Shown here piece by piece: positions 38,047-48,646 of a stretch of 64,000 nt of DNA; positions within the stretch are counted from its first letter, which is position 1, and each line of letters starts with the position of its first letter. The notes beneath the pieces are model-generated. The model searched no databases. It was given only the letters and a program-made list of their open reading frames with translations, and was not told where the DNA came from. The stretch is from an uncultured virus (IMG/VR IMGVR_UViG_3300009159_000038) (Duplodnaviria > Heunggongvirae > Uroviricota > Caudoviricetes): positions 62,001 to 126,000 of IMG/VR virus record IMGVR_UViG_3300009159_000038; one strand, given 5' to 3'. Position numbers and translations under genes: made by a program.

Positions 38047-39660
38047 ATGGCAGGCTTTGTAAATAGAGAGGAAACCTACGCTGGTAGACCATCCGCATCT
38101 TCGAGAAATGTCGTTTCTAAAGCTCTTAAGTCGTTATCATCTTTCGGGATGATATACGATGATATGGTTCTTAGAAACTCAAAAGCCATAGGTATCAATG
38201 AAGACCGTTTCGGTTGGAGATTAGATCCAAGAAATGCAGCCGGTGGTGAATATGACGATTATGCTCTATTTGCCAACCTTTCAATGACGGATATTAATCT
38301 CCGTAAAAGTATTTCTATTTTTGACAAATCTTATATTAAAAAGAGAGAGGATCTTAGAAAATTCTCTATTCAAGATGAAATTGAAGAGATTCTCGATACC
38401 CTATGTGACGAATGTGTCGTCTATGACGAAAAAAATTACTTCTGTACACCATTAACTTTTGATGATCAGACACTTGAACCGGAAACACTAGAAGCCGTTA
38501 AGTATGCATTAGATACAAACTTTAAAAGAGTTTATCAATACTTTGGTTTCAATAACGATATTTCTGCTTGGTCTTATTTTCGTAAATGGTTAATTGATGG
38601 ATATCTCGCATTTGAGATTATCTACAATAAAGAACAAACTAGAATTATCGGTTTCAAAGAACTTGATCCAGTATCTTTAGAACCAGGTCTTGATAAAGAG
38701 GGTAAGAAAATTTGGAAACAATTTAAAGCTCAACCTGGTAAAGAAAGAGTTATATATGATTCTCAACTAATTTATCTTTCATATGCACATGCCAATACCG
38801 TAAGTCGTGTTTCTTACGTAGAACGTCTTATTCGTGCATTTAACTTGCTTCGTATCATGGAGCATTCAAGAGTTATTTGGGCTACGGTAAATGCCTCATT
38901 CAAAACTAAATTTGTAATTCCGGTTGGTGGTAAATCCAAAACTAGAGCTCGTCAAAGCTTAGGTGTTTTGATGCAAAATTATCGTGAGAATATTGATTTT
39001 GATACAGAATCAGGAGAACTTAAAGTTAACGGTAAACCAATGATGCCTTTCAATAAAGAGTATTGGTTACCATCCGGTGAAGCTGGAGAACCTACTATCG
39101 AGAATATTGGTAATGATGGTCCAGATTTATCAGATACAGATGCTCTTAAATATTTCCGAGAAAAACTAATTAAAGTATCTAAAATTCCTCTTTCTCGTTT
39201 TGATATGGAATCACCTCCATCATGGGAAATGAATGCTGAAGGTATGACAAGAGATGAAATTAAATTTGGTCGTTTTGTTAATCGTATGCGTTCAGTTTAT
39301 CAAGAGATTCTTGTTAAACCATTATGGATTCAAATGTGTTTAGACTTTCCAGAACTTAAAGAAGATGATGCTTTTAAAGCTCAAATTGGAATTAAGTTTA
39401 ACAAATATAACATCTTTGAAGAAATGAAAGAAATTGAAATCCTTCAAAAACGTCTAGATTTTGTTACTTCAATGAAAGATGGTCTTGTTGAACAAGATGC
39501 TAATATGAACGAAATCAAGTATTTTGCATCAGAATTCTTAATTCAACGTTTCTTAGGTTTATCATCAGATGATATCCGAACTAATAAGAAAATGAAAGAA
39601 ATTGAAGATGAAGAAAAAATTGCTTCTGCTAAGAAAGCTGCTGAAGCAACTGGAATGTAA
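38047..39660 (+). CDS. 20: Portal protein (gp20-like)
   Basis: FRKW.IDG, ELDP, LR.ME...VIW, EYWLP, LKYF..KL....KIP.SR, TRDEIKF.RFV.R.R. Confidence 0.93.
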   Translation: MAGFVNREETYAGRPSASSRNVVSKALKSLSSFGMIYDDMVLRNSKAIGINEDRFGWRLDPRNAAGGEYDDYALFANLSMTDINLRKSISIFDKSYIKKREDLRKFSIQDEIEEILDTLCDECVVYDEKNYFCTPLTFDDQTLEPETLEAVKYALDTNFKRVYQYFGFNNDISAWSYFRKWLIDGYLAFEIIYNKEQTRIIGFKELDPVSLEPGLDKEGKKIWKQFKAQPGKERVIYDSQLIYLSYAHANTVSRVSYVERLIRAFNLLRIMEHSRVIWATVNASFKTKFVIPVGGKSKTRARQSLGVLMQNYRENIDFDTESGELKVNGKPMMPFNKEYWLPSGEAGEPTIENIGNDGPDLSDTDALKYFREKLIKVSKIPLSRFDMESPPSWEMNAEGMTRDEIKFGRFVNRMRSVYQEILVKPLWIQMCLDFPELKEDDAFKAQIGIKFNKYNIFEEMKEIEILQKRLDFVTSMKDGLVEQDANMNEIKYFASEFLIQRFLGLSSDDIRTNKKMKEIEDEEKIASAKKAAEATGM

Positions 39661-39701
39661 TCATAATAAACCTAGATATATAAAAAAATCAACTAAGTAA
39701 A

Positions 39702-41603
39702 ATGAGTCAAAAGTATTTGCTCGTATTGGAAAGATCTTCTTCTGAATTGGACATCAAAACAGAAGGTGACAATTACATCCTAGAAGGAATCTTTACAGAA
39801 ATCGGCGTTAAAAACAAAAACAATCGTATTTACGACGAAAAGGAAGTTCTTCCTCACATAGATGAACTTCTTCAAAAAGTAAAAGGAAGTAAACTTTTAG
39901 GTGAATTAGATCATCCTAAATCTTTTGAAGTTTCTTTAAAAAATGCTTCTCATGTTATTGAAGCTTTAGATTACGACAAAAACACTAAGAAGGTAATGGG
40001 AAGAATCCGTTTACTTAATACTAGTGCTGGAAAAGAAGCAAAGGCTCTGGTTGATGCTGGTATTCCTTTACACATTTCTAGTCGTGCTGCTGGAGTGGTT
40101 GAAAGTAATGGTCACGTTAAAATCAAAAAAATGTTTACTTACGATTTAGTTGCAGATCCTGGATTTGCTAATGCTGAATTATCAAGAGTAAATGAAGCAT
40201 TTGGATTTGAAATGGATGATACATTAGGTCTTTACGAAATGCCTTATAGTGCTAAATTAGCCGAGTCTTTCGAAGATCACGAAAAAATTGATGAAAACAA
40301 ACAAACTCAAAACATAAACAAATCTTCAAAAATGAATAATACAACAGAGAACATATCAGTTGAAGATTTTAACGAATATACAAAAATCGTTAAAAACGAA
40401 ATTGAAAATCTTAAAAAACAAATCGCTGAAAGTAACACTGATTCTGTAACTGAAAGTACTGAATCATTAGTTAAGTACACTGAAACTATTGCCAAACGAG
40501 TAAATCAAATCCAAGAAAATTTAGGATCTTTAAAAGAGAACTTCGATCATTTGATATCTCACAATGATTACATCGTAGAAAACCTTGAAAAGGTTAAAGA
40601 TTACGCTGAAATGGTTGGCGAAAAATCAAATCAAGGAATTAACTACTCAGAAAAACTTGCTGAATCGGTTGACCACTTAATTGAATATACTAAAATGGTT
40701 GCTGAAAAAGCAGATAGTGGAATTTCTTACACTGAAAGAATTGCTGAATCTGTTGATTCTTCGATCGAATATCAAAATCATGTTGCTAAAGAAGTTAATG
40801 AGCGTTTTGCTTATCAAACTTACATCAATGAACAAGTTGACAATATCATTTCACATACCGATTATATCGTTGAAGGTTGTGATTCAATTATTAAGTACAG
40901 TGAGTACCTAAAAGAGAATCAAGCAAGCTTAACCGGTTATATGGATTATGTTGTTAAAGGTCTTAACGAAGGTACTTCTAATAACGATCCATCCGATAAT
41001 AACAAATCTGAAAATGCAAACGAAGATGATACTAAAGTAAATGAAAATGCTGAAGCTATCAATTCAACTGAAAGTGCTGATGATTTTGAAAATGAAATTA
41101 ACTCTAGAGTTGATGCTATTTTAGAATCTGCTAAATCCCAAAAAGATGAAGAGAAAAAATCTAAAATGCATTTCTTTAATTTCTTAGCTGAATCTAAAAG
41201 AAACGAATTTGAATCTTTAACTGCTGAAGTTCAAGAAAAAATTGTTGATCTTTTCGAAAATACTAAATGGTACGGATCAATTGATGCTAATAACATCTGG
41301 GAATCTGCTTTCACTAAACCAGTTGCTAAAAATGATTGGTTAGCTAATATGCCAAATCGTTATAACGAAGCTTGGAATTCTTTAAACGAATCTCAAAAGA
41401 ATGCTATTAAAGCTCAAGCATCAGTAAGAGTTCTTAGTACACAATATCAAATCGATTCATTTTGGTCTTCAAGAGATTTAAGAGTTTCTAAAGTAGAATC
41501 AACTGAACCGGTTGCTCCTATTAACGAATCTTCTAAGTATGAAACTCCTCAAGATTATATGGATACTGTTGCTGCTGAATTAAAACGTAGATTCAAAAGA
41601 TAA
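39702..41603 (+). CDS. 21: Prohead protease (gp21-like) fused to scaffold/core (gp22-like) region
   Basis: LEGIF....KN.N.R.Y, LGELDHP, SH.I, ISSRAAG, TYDLVADP; followed by ~430 aa of acidic helical repeats. Confidence 0.88.
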   Translation: MSQKYLLVLERSSSELDIKTEGDNYILEGIFTEIGVKNKNNRIYDEKEVLPHIDELLQKVKGSKLLGELDHPKSFEVSLKNASHVIEALDYDKNTKKVMGRIRLLNTSAGKEAKALVDAGIPLHISSRAAGVVESNGHVKIKKMFTYDLVADPGFANAELSRVNEAFGFEMDDTLGLYEMPYSAKLAESFEDHEKIDENKQTQNINKSSKMNNTTENISVEDFNEYTKIVKNEIENLKKQIAESNTDSVTESTESLVKYTETIAKRVNQIQENLGSLKENFDHLISHNDYIVENLEKVKDYAEMVGEKSNQGINYSEKLAESVDHLIEYTKMVAEKADSGISYTERIAESVDSSIEYQNHVAKEVNERFAYQTYINEQVDNIISHTDYIVEGCDSIIKYSEYLKENQASLTGYMDYVVKGLNEGTSNNDPSDNNKSENANEDDTKVNENAEAINSTESADDFENEINSRVDAILESAKSQKDEEKKSKMHFFNFLAESKRNEFESLTAEVQEKIVDLFENTKWYGSIDANNIWESAFTKPVAKNDWLANMPNRYNEAWNSLNESQKNAIKAQASVRVLSTQYQIDSFWSSRDLRVSKVESTEPVAPINESSKYETPQDYMDTVAAELKRRFKR

Positions 41604-41711
41604 AATATCCAAGAGATCATAGATAAATAGATTATAATATTCCACCACACTAAGATGCAAAAAGTGTAACGGAAAACTAAACAATAAAACAACAAAATAA
41701 AACATTTAAAA

Positions 41712-43322
41712 ATGTACTTAATTAACGAAAGTGAAATTTTTTCAAAATGGGCTCCAATTATCGAGTCTAATACTGGAATCACTGAGCGTGCTAGAGTTGA
41801 GTGGATGTCAAAATATTGCCATAACCACGAATTATATGAGAACAACTCATATGCACAACTAGGCGCTGTGAACGGTATGGGTGCTACTCGTTTCCCTGGA
41901 AACCCTGGTACTCAAGATGCTTTTGCTACATCCACTTCTGGATCTGGTGATAAAGCTCACACATTGCTACCTCTTGCTATGCAAGTTGCAGCTCAAACAA
42001 TCGGATTGGATTTAGTTCCAGTCGTGCCAATGCCTGGTCCAATGGGTGTATTAACTTACTTGGATTTCGTATATGCTGGTGGTAAAACTGCTGGTACTGG
42101 TGCTGATGTTCCTTTAATGGTTAAATTAGACTACGGTTCTAACACTATCCCTTCATTTACTGTAGGTGGTTCTGGTGCTTCTGGTGGTGCTACTTTCTAC
42201 ATGGTAGGATCTTCTCGTTTGGATGGTAATCCAATCTTACGTGTTGCTGGAACTTTAACTGGTTCTAACACAATCAAAGATTGTTTAACTAACATCACAA
42301 TCGGTGGTGCTTCTGCTGGAACTGTTACTAACTATTCTATCGAATTAGTTAAAGCTTTAGAAGATCACATCACTGGATTCTCTGGTAATGCTCTTGCTAA
42401 CAACGATTACACTGGATTTGATATTAACGATCCATATTCTCGTAACGACGGTGAAAGTACTACAGATAACGTAATGAACTTAAGTCTATTCAACAAATCA
42501 GTTGAAGCTAAGACTTTCCAAGTTGCTGCTGCTGTTACTCGTGAGCAAGTTCAAGACTTGAAACAATTTGGTATTGATGCAGTTTCTCAAGTAGAAGCAG
42601 TTCTTATCAATGAGTTAACTCAATCAATTAACAAGAACATCCTTGGACGTATCTTCGCTTTAGGAGAAAGAAACCACGAATACGTAATCCGTACTCAAGG
42701 TCAAAACTTCTTCTTGAACTTAGGTGCTACTGCCCTTTTAGTTTCTAACTCTGCGTCAGCAACTAACTTCGGTTCATTTATCCAATCAACTACTTTACGT
42801 GGTGCTACAATGGCTGCTACTGAAAACGTTAACTCTGCTTCAGAAAACATGCATACTCGTCAACGTAAAATTATGTCTAAAGTATTAGCTATCGCTAACT
42901 TAATCGCTATTAGAGGTCGTCGTGGACCAGCTACTTTCGTAGTTACTAACGGTCAAGTTTGTTCAGCTTTACAAGACGTTGCTGGTTTCGTACCTGCTCC
43001 AATGGCTAACACAATTAACCAAATGAGTGGTTCACTTTATCCTATCGGTACTTTAGCTGGTATGGCAGTGTACAACGATCCTAACATGAACTGGGCAGAT
43101 ACTCGTTTCTGCGTAGGTCGTAAAGGTGACGGTAACTCTCCAGGATTAGTATTCATGCCTTATTTAATGGCTGAAAGCGTTCAAACTATCGCTGAAGGTA
43201 CTATGGCTCCTAAAGTTGCGGTTAAATCTCGTTATGCTTTAGTTGAAGCTGGTTTCCACCCAGAAACTATGTACTTAACTTCAGGTGTATCTTTAAGTGC
43301 TACATTCGGTTCTTTAGTATAA
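41712..43322 (+). CDS. 23: Major capsid protein (gp23-like)
   Basis: KW.PI.E, DLV.V.PM.GP.G, KSVEAKT, E..QDL...GIDA, L..E....IN, MPY, K.RY; strongly biased codon usage. Confidence 0.93.
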   Translation: MYLINESEIFSKWAPIIESNTGITERARVEWMSKYCHNHELYENNSYAQLGAVNGMGATRFPGNPGTQDAFATSTSGSGDKAHTLLPLAMQVAAQTIGLDLVPVVPMPGPMGVLTYLDFVYAGGKTAGTGADVPLMVKLDYGSNTIPSFTVGGSGASGGATFYMVGSSRLDGNPILRVAGTLTGSNTIKDCLTNITIGGASAGTVTNYSIELVKALEDHITGFSGNALANNDYTGFDINDPYSRNDGESTTDNVMNLSLFNKSVEAKTFQVAAAVTREQVQDLKQFGIDAVSQVEAVLINELTQSINKNILGRIFALGERNHEYVIRTQGQNFFLNLGATALLVSNSASATNFGSFIQSTTLRGATMAATENVNSASENMHTRQRKIMSKVLAIANLIAIRGRRGPATFVVTNGQVCSALQDVAGFVPAPMANTINQMSGSLYPIGTLAGMAVYNDPNMNWADTRFCVGRKGDGNSPGLVFMPYLMAESVQTIAEGTMAPKVAVKSRYALVEAGFHPETMYLTSGVSLSATFGSLV

Positions 43323-43356
43323 TCCTAAAAAGATTAACTAATCTAACTATAAAATT

Positions 43357-43386
43357 AAAGAGCTTCCTTCGGGAAGCTCTTTTTTT
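43357..43386 (+). terminator. Rho-independent terminator with UUCG tetraloop
   Basis: AGAGCTTCC-TTCG-GGAAGCTCT followed by a T run. Confidence 0.93.
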
Positions 43387-43437
43387 GTTTGTAGCTTTTG
43401 CATGAATATATAAATAAAATACGATCATATAATTGAA

Positions 43438-44061
43438 ATGATATATCCCAGTCAAGCCATTCAAATTAGACCAGATCTAATAGAATACCGAGAACTTTGT
43501 TCAAAATTTGGTTATCAACCAAGCAAAGAAGAATATGAGGAGACTCTTAAATTTCTTTTATTATTTCATACTGGAATAGGCCATACATGTGAATCTAGTG
43601 AAGTAGATTTTTTCTATGAAAATATGGATATGCATCTTCTAGAAAATAATGTTAATGAATCTCTTTTTGAATCCGCTTTAATAGCAGAAGATTCAAACAC
43701 CGTTGCCGATGTCGCAAAAGAGAAAGATGCGGCATTAGGACTTGTAGCTGCTGCCGGTGTTGGTGCTGCTGGTGCAGTGGCTGGTGCTGGAGCATTAGCA
43801 GTAGTTGGAGTAGTGAAAGTTGGAGGACTTATTCAATATCTATTTAAAAAAGGTAAAGTAAAAAGTGCTGCAAAAGCAGAACTTGGAGTTGCTATGAAAA
43901 AATTAGAACCTTATCAAGAGATATACAAGATAAAAAAGGAATTGGCTACTCTTAAAGGAGAAGAATTCACTGGATTATCTTCGTTACCTGGAATGCCATC
44001 TGCTCCAGGATCACCTGCCGAGAAAAAATCTGCTCCTGCTCCTGCCTCTAAAAAGAAATAA
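43438..44061 (+). CDS. Hypothetical late protein with Ala/Gly-rich hydrophobic segment
   Basis: AALGLVAAAGVGAAGAVAGAGALAVVGVV after VNE/LIAE sites. Confidence 0.65.
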   Translation: MIYPSQAIQIRPDLIEYRELCSKFGYQPSKEEYEETLKFLLLFHTGIGHTCESSEVDFFYENMDMHLLENNVNESLFESALIAEDSNTVADVAKEKDAALGLVAAAGVGAAGAVAGAGALAVVGVVKVGGLIQYLFKKGKVKSAAKAELGVAMKKLEPYQEIYKIKKELATLKGEEFTGLSSLPGMPSAPGSPAEKKSAPAPASKKK

Positions 44062-44080
44062 TACCAAAAAGATAATATAC

Positions 44081-46666
44081 ATGATGACTAAAAATCTAGA
44101 AAATCTTATAAGAGACGAGTATTTAATTGCTCTATATGAAAAACAAATATTAGAAAATTTTGATAGTGCTGAGGTAGAAACCTTATTTTCTGAATTTGTT
44201 TTAAATATATCAGAACATTTTAACTTATCTATAGATGAAGATGCAACAATAGAAGATGTTATGGAAGCATTTTCAGATTGGGATCTTTCTGATAACGAAA
44301 CGTATCAAGAGCTTATTGAGGCAGTTAAAAGAAAACCTCGAGCTAAAAGAAAACCTGCTAGGCCGGCTGCCAAGAAACCTGCTGCTAAGAAACCGGCACC
44401 TAAACCTAAGGCAAAATCGGATGCCAAACCAAAACCGGATGCTAAACCAAAAGCCGAGGCAAAGCCAAAAGCGGAAGAGAAACCTAAAGGAGAAGAAAAA
44501 CCTAAAGGTGAAGAAAAACCTAAATCTAATCCAGAAGCAGATGCTAAAAAGATAGAAAAGATTAATGCAGAAAAGAAGAAGATTGACGATGAGTCTAAAT
44601 CGATATCTCAACAATTAGAAACCGAGAAAGATACAGATAAAAAAGGTGAATTAGAAGCAAAGAAAAAAGGTCTTAGAGCTGATTCCGCTATGTTATTAGC
44701 AAGTAAAAAGAAACTTGAAGGTGCTGATGATGCAAAAGAGGCATCTCAAATAGCTAAGGCTAAATCTGATGCTGCTAAAAATTACGATGAGTATATAAAG
44801 ATCAAACAGCAAATATCTAAATTAGGTGAATCTGCTAATGAAGCAGAAGAATTAACTCCGGCTACTCCTGCTACTCCAGCTGCTCCTATTGCTGCTGATC
44901 CCAAGATTAAAGAAGAAAAAGAAAAACTTGAAGCTGCTGCGAAAGTTGCACTTATTGCTTCATTAGAAGGAGATTTAGCTGCCGCTAAAATCGGAATAAC
45001 CACTGCTACACCTGAAAGTAAAGCAGCTGCCCAATTAACTCATGATAATCTTGTAAAGAAAATAGAAGATTTAAAAAAGGATTCTGGTGGAACTCCAGCA
45101 ACCGAAGAAAAACCTAAAGTAGATCCTGAAGCAGTCAAAGCTGCAGAAGCTAAAGTAAAAACTGCAACCGAAGCTAAAACCAATGCTGAAAAAGCATTAG
45201 CCGATAATAAGGATGAAACTAAAACCGAAGAATTAAAGAAAGCAGTTGCAGATGAAGATATTAAAGTTAAGGCTGCTGAAGGAGAATTAACTAAAGCTAA
45301 AGGTGAAGATGTAAAAACTCCTGGAACTGAAGAAAAACCTAAAGTAGATCCTGAAGCAGTCAAAGCTGCAGAAGCTGAAGTTGAAAAGGCTAAAACCGCA
45401 CTTAAAACAGCAACTGAAGCTAAGGCTGCTCTAAAATCAGATGCAACTCCTGAAGAGAAGACTAAGGCAGAAACCGAAGTCACTAATGCTCAAACGGCTT
45501 TAGATACTGCAAATACGAACTTAACTAAAGCTAAAGGTGAAGATGTAAAAACCCCTAAAAAAGGAGAAACTGAAGTTGATCAGGCTGCTATTGATTCCGC
45601 AAAGAAGAAAGTTGAAGAAGCTACAAAGGCACTTGAAACCGCAAAAGCGGCTAAGGCTGCTTTAAAATCAGACGCAACCGAAGAAGAAAAAGCTGCTGCC
45701 GAAACTGCCATTACTAATGCTCAAACGGCTTTAGAAACGGCAAACGGTGAATTGACTAAAGCTGAAGGTGCTGGAAAATCCGTAAAAAAAGAAGATCCAG
45801 CAAAACCTGCTAAAAATGTTTCACCTGAAGATAAAGCCAAAATAGAAAAATTAGAAGCTAGAGCAAAAGCTTTAGAAGAAGATATTGATCAGAAATCAGA
45901 TATTAATGATGAGCAATTCGATGCATTAGGGCAGAAAAGTAATGAAATTGCTGGAGATAATGGTATGCTTAAAAATCTCTTAACTAAAATCAGATTAGAA
46001 AACACTATAGAATATAATAACATGAGACTTAAATTGTCTAGTGATAAAGATTCCGAAAAAATTGAGGATCAAAACAAAACAGCAGAAAAAACAATCGCTA
46101 AAGCAGACGCTAATCTTACGGATGCCGAATCTCAATCTTCTGAGGATGCAGAAAAAAATGCAACTCCAGAACAAAAGGCGGAATTAAAGAAAGCCCAAGA
46201 AGCAGCGGCTAAAGAGGCTGCTAAAGGTGGTGAAGGTGGAGAAGAAGATACCGAAGCTAAATTTGCTGCTCAAAAGAAAGAAAGAGAAGCAGCCGAAAAA
46301 GCCTCTCAAGGAAAAGGTAGAGATGCTGATATAGAAGCAGTTGGTGATACTCAAGCAGCAAAAGAGAAAGATTTTAAAATAAAATCATTAGATAAGAAAG
46401 TTAGTGCTATATCTGTTGCTTGGCAAAAAATGCAAGATGAAGCTAGTAAAGCAGAAGGTGACGATAAACCTAAAAAAGAAAAAGCCGCTGCTGCAATTGA
46501 AGCCAATCTTAATAAAGCAAAAGAAGAATTAACCGCATTAAAAGGAGGAACTCCTAAGCCTAATGAATCTCTTAATGATTTTGACTCACAAATCTGGGCA
46601 ATCGAATTTATTCTAGAGAGAATCAATCAACAAATGGAAGAATATCAATTCTTAATTAATGAATAA
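44081..46666 (+). CDS. Large Lys/Glu/Ala-rich coiled-coil protein with internal repeats
   Basis: KP-rich tract; ~75-aa tandem repeats (48-bp identity at 45104 and 45329). Confidence 0.8.
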   Translation: MMTKNLENLIRDEYLIALYEKQILENFDSAEVETLFSEFVLNISEHFNLSIDEDATIEDVMEAFSDWDLSDNETYQELIEAVKRKPRAKRKPARPAAKKPAAKKPAPKPKAKSDAKPKPDAKPKAEAKPKAEEKPKGEEKPKGEEKPKSNPEADAKKIEKINAEKKKIDDESKSISQQLETEKDTDKKGELEAKKKGLRADSAMLLASKKKLEGADDAKEASQIAKAKSDAAKNYDEYIKIKQQISKLGESANEAEELTPATPATPAAPIAADPKIKEEKEKLEAAAKVALIASLEGDLAAAKIGITTATPESKAAAQLTHDNLVKKIEDLKKDSGGTPATEEKPKVDPEAVKAAEAKVKTATEAKTNAEKALADNKDETKTEELKKAVADEDIKVKAAEGELTKAKGEDVKTPGTEEKPKVDPEAVKAAEAEVEKAKTALKTATEAKAALKSDATPEEKTKAETEVTNAQTALDTANTNLTKAKGEDVKTPKKGETEVDQAAIDSAKKKVEEATKALETAKAAKAALKSDATEEEKAAAETAITNAQTALETANGELTKAEGAGKSVKKEDPAKPAKNVSPEDKAKIEKLEARAKALEEDIDQKSDINDEQFDALGQKSNEIAGDNGMLKNLLTKIRLENTIEYNNMRLKLSSDKDSEKIEDQNKTAEKTIAKADANLTDAESQSSEDAEKNATPEQKAELKKAQEAAAKEAAKGGEGGEEDTEAKFAAQKKEREAAEKASQGKGRDADIEAVGDTQAAKEKDFKIKSLDKKVSAISVAWQKMQDEASKAEGDDKPKKEKAAAAIEANLNKAKEELTALKGGTPKPNESLNDFDSQIWAIEFILERINQQMEEYQFLINE

Positions 46667-47154
46667 TGGAAATATTTAGACAAAATCTAGGTAAACGTCC
46701 AACGAAGTTCGGTATCGTTCTCGATCGATTAAAACCTAGATATCAAAAAATATTGAAGAAGAATCCCATCATTCGTAATTATTCTACGGATGATAGGCTT
46801 CTTAAATGTATCTTCAAAATAGAAGATCGATTAATACAAGTATCACATCTAAAAAGAGTTTTTATCGAACCTAAAAGTGGAGAAATATCTTCATTTAAAA
46901 TCATCAGGGAATCATATCATCAATTTGATTGGAATTGTACTTTTTGCAATAAACCTATCAAATCTCGTATAGATAATTATGAACCAGGAAACTTTACTTG
47001 CATGAAATGCGAGAATACATATATTAAAGGAACTCGAAAAATTCCAAGAAGAATTATCGAGGAATCTTTGAGATTCACAGAACATGTGAAAACCTTAATG
47101 AAAGAAGATCAAAAGAAAATTATAAAATATATCAAGAAAAATGATGAATCTTAA
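46666..47154 (+). CDS. Zinc-finger hypothetical protein
   Basis: CTFC...CMKC. Confidence 0.65.
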   Translation: MEIFRQNLGKRPTKFGIVLDRLKPRYQKILKKNPIIRNYSTDDRLLKCIFKIEDRLIQVSHLKRVFIEPKSGEISSFKIIRESYHQFDWNCTFCNKPIKSRIDNYEPGNFTCMKCENTYIKGTRKIPRRIIEESLRFTEHVKTLMKEDQKKIIKYIKKNDES

Positions 47155-48646
47155 ATACTTCAGTGATTTTGTTAACGAAGCAAAAACCACTGACGCAAAA
47201 ACTGTTAAAAATCCGAGAGTTAAATTAGTACTTCTAACAAATGCTAGTAAAGAATCTCATACAGTTCCTACCTTTGCAGCCGAATGTAAAAAAATGGGTG
47301 CTGAATTTATCGTTATTGATATTAGTACAGCAATGATTGCCGAAACCAAAGATGGTAATTTTCTAATCAGTGATAAAGAAAATCCCAAAGGTCTTAAAAT
47401 CAATGCTGATAATACCGCAATTCTTACTCGTCGTGGAGTTGTTAGAAATACTTATACAAAATCTCTAGTTGAAAAACTTCAAGATAATAACTTCTTTGTG
47501 GTTAATACTCTTGAAGCTATTATGGCTTGCGAAAACAAATATGTTACTACTAAAATCCTTAAAGAAGCTGGAATTCCAGTTCCTAAAACTGCAATCGTTG
47601 ATGGAGAAGATTCTATTGATAGAGCGGTTAAAGATATTGGTGGTAAATTTCCAGTAGTATGTAAGATACTTTCCGGATCTCAAGGAATTGGAGTTTCTAT
47701 CGTTGATTCTCTTGCTTCTCTTAAATCAGTTCTACAAACCATTTGGAAAGTGGATCCTTCAGTTGAAATCTTGATTCAAGAGAAAATTGAATCTGAATAT
47801 GATTTAAGAATACACGTTTTGACGAGAAAATTCAACTCGCCAACACCAGAAGATACAGATTCAGTACTTCTTGGTTATATGAGAAGAAATCGTGTTAAAA
47901 AAGACTTCCGTACCAATTACTCATTAGGAGGAACTGTTGAAAAAACTAAAGTAACTCCAGAACAAGAAAAAATTGCTATCGAATCAGCTAAGGCGGTTGG
48001 TTGCAATTGGTGTGGTGTGGATATTATTGTAGATAAGAAAACTGGAAAAAATTACGTACTTGAAGTTAATGCTTCTCCCGGAACTACCGGATTAAAGAAA
48101 GCAACTGGAGTTAACGTGGTTAAAGATATCGTTCAATTCTTAATGGATAAAACCAATTGGATTCGTTCTAGAAAACGTGTTGGATTCCGTGAAGTTATTA
48201 CAATTCCTAATATTGGAGATATGGTTGCTAAATTTGATACCGGTAATGGATCTCTTTCATGCACAATCACTTATGATAAATTAGATGTAAATGAGAAAGA
48301 GAAGATTGTTAAATGGACACTTGGTGGAAGAGATTTTGAATCTAAATTTGTAGGATTCACTGAAACTGAAGTAGGTGATACTATCGAGAAACGTCCTGTT
48401 ATCGAAATGGATATTCAATTTGCTGGTAAAGTTTATAAGAAAGTTCAAGTTGCATTAGATGATCGCTCAACCAAGAGTACTAAATTCCTTGTGAATCGTA
48501 AATTCATGGAGAGAATTGGTTGTTCCGTTGATCCAATGAGAACCTTCATCGTATCCTCATTCCCAGTAGCTTATCATGGTGGAGAAGCGAAGAAAGAGCC
48601 ACATGCCGGAATTATTTTCGAATGGGATAAAAAGAAAACTAAATAA
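47141..48646 (+). CDS. rimK: RimK-family ATP-grasp ligase fused to a retropepsin-like (RimB-type) protease domain
   Basis: NKY.T...L...GIPVPKT, FPVV.K...GSQGIGV, QEKI...DLRI.V, FRTNYSLGG, GVDII, VLEVNASPG. C-domain VG.RE...AKFDTG...RPVI...L.DR.......LV.R.FM. Confidence 0.88.
   Translation: MMNLKYFSDFVNEAKTTDAKTVKNPRVKLVLLTNASKESHTVPTFAAECKKMGAEFIVIDISTAMIAETKDGNFLISDKENPKGLKINADNTAILTRRGVVRNTYTKSLVEKLQDNNFFVVNTLEAIMACENKYVTTKILKEAGIPVPKTAIVDGEDSIDRAVKDIGGKFPVVCKILSGSQGIGVSIVDSLASLKSVLQTIWKVDPSVEILIQEKIESEYDLRIHVLTRKFNSPTPEDTDSVLLGYMRRNRVKKDFRTNYSLGGTVEKTKVTPEQEKIAIESAKAVGCNWCGVDIIVDKKTGKNYVLEVNASPGTTGLKKATGVNVVKDIVQFLMDKTNWIRSRKRVGFREVITIPNIGDMVAKFDTGNGSLSCTITYDKLDVNEKEKIVKWTLGGRDFESKFVGFTETEVGDTIEKRPVIEMDIQFAGKVYKKVQVALDDRSTKSTKFLVNRKFMERIGCSVDPMRTFIVSSFPVAYHGGEAKKEPHAGIIFEWDKKKTK

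Noticed and set aside
41641..41675. Possible hairpin (ACACT/AGTGT) in the capsid gene leader
   Set aside because: Only about 5 bp of pairing; too weak to call.
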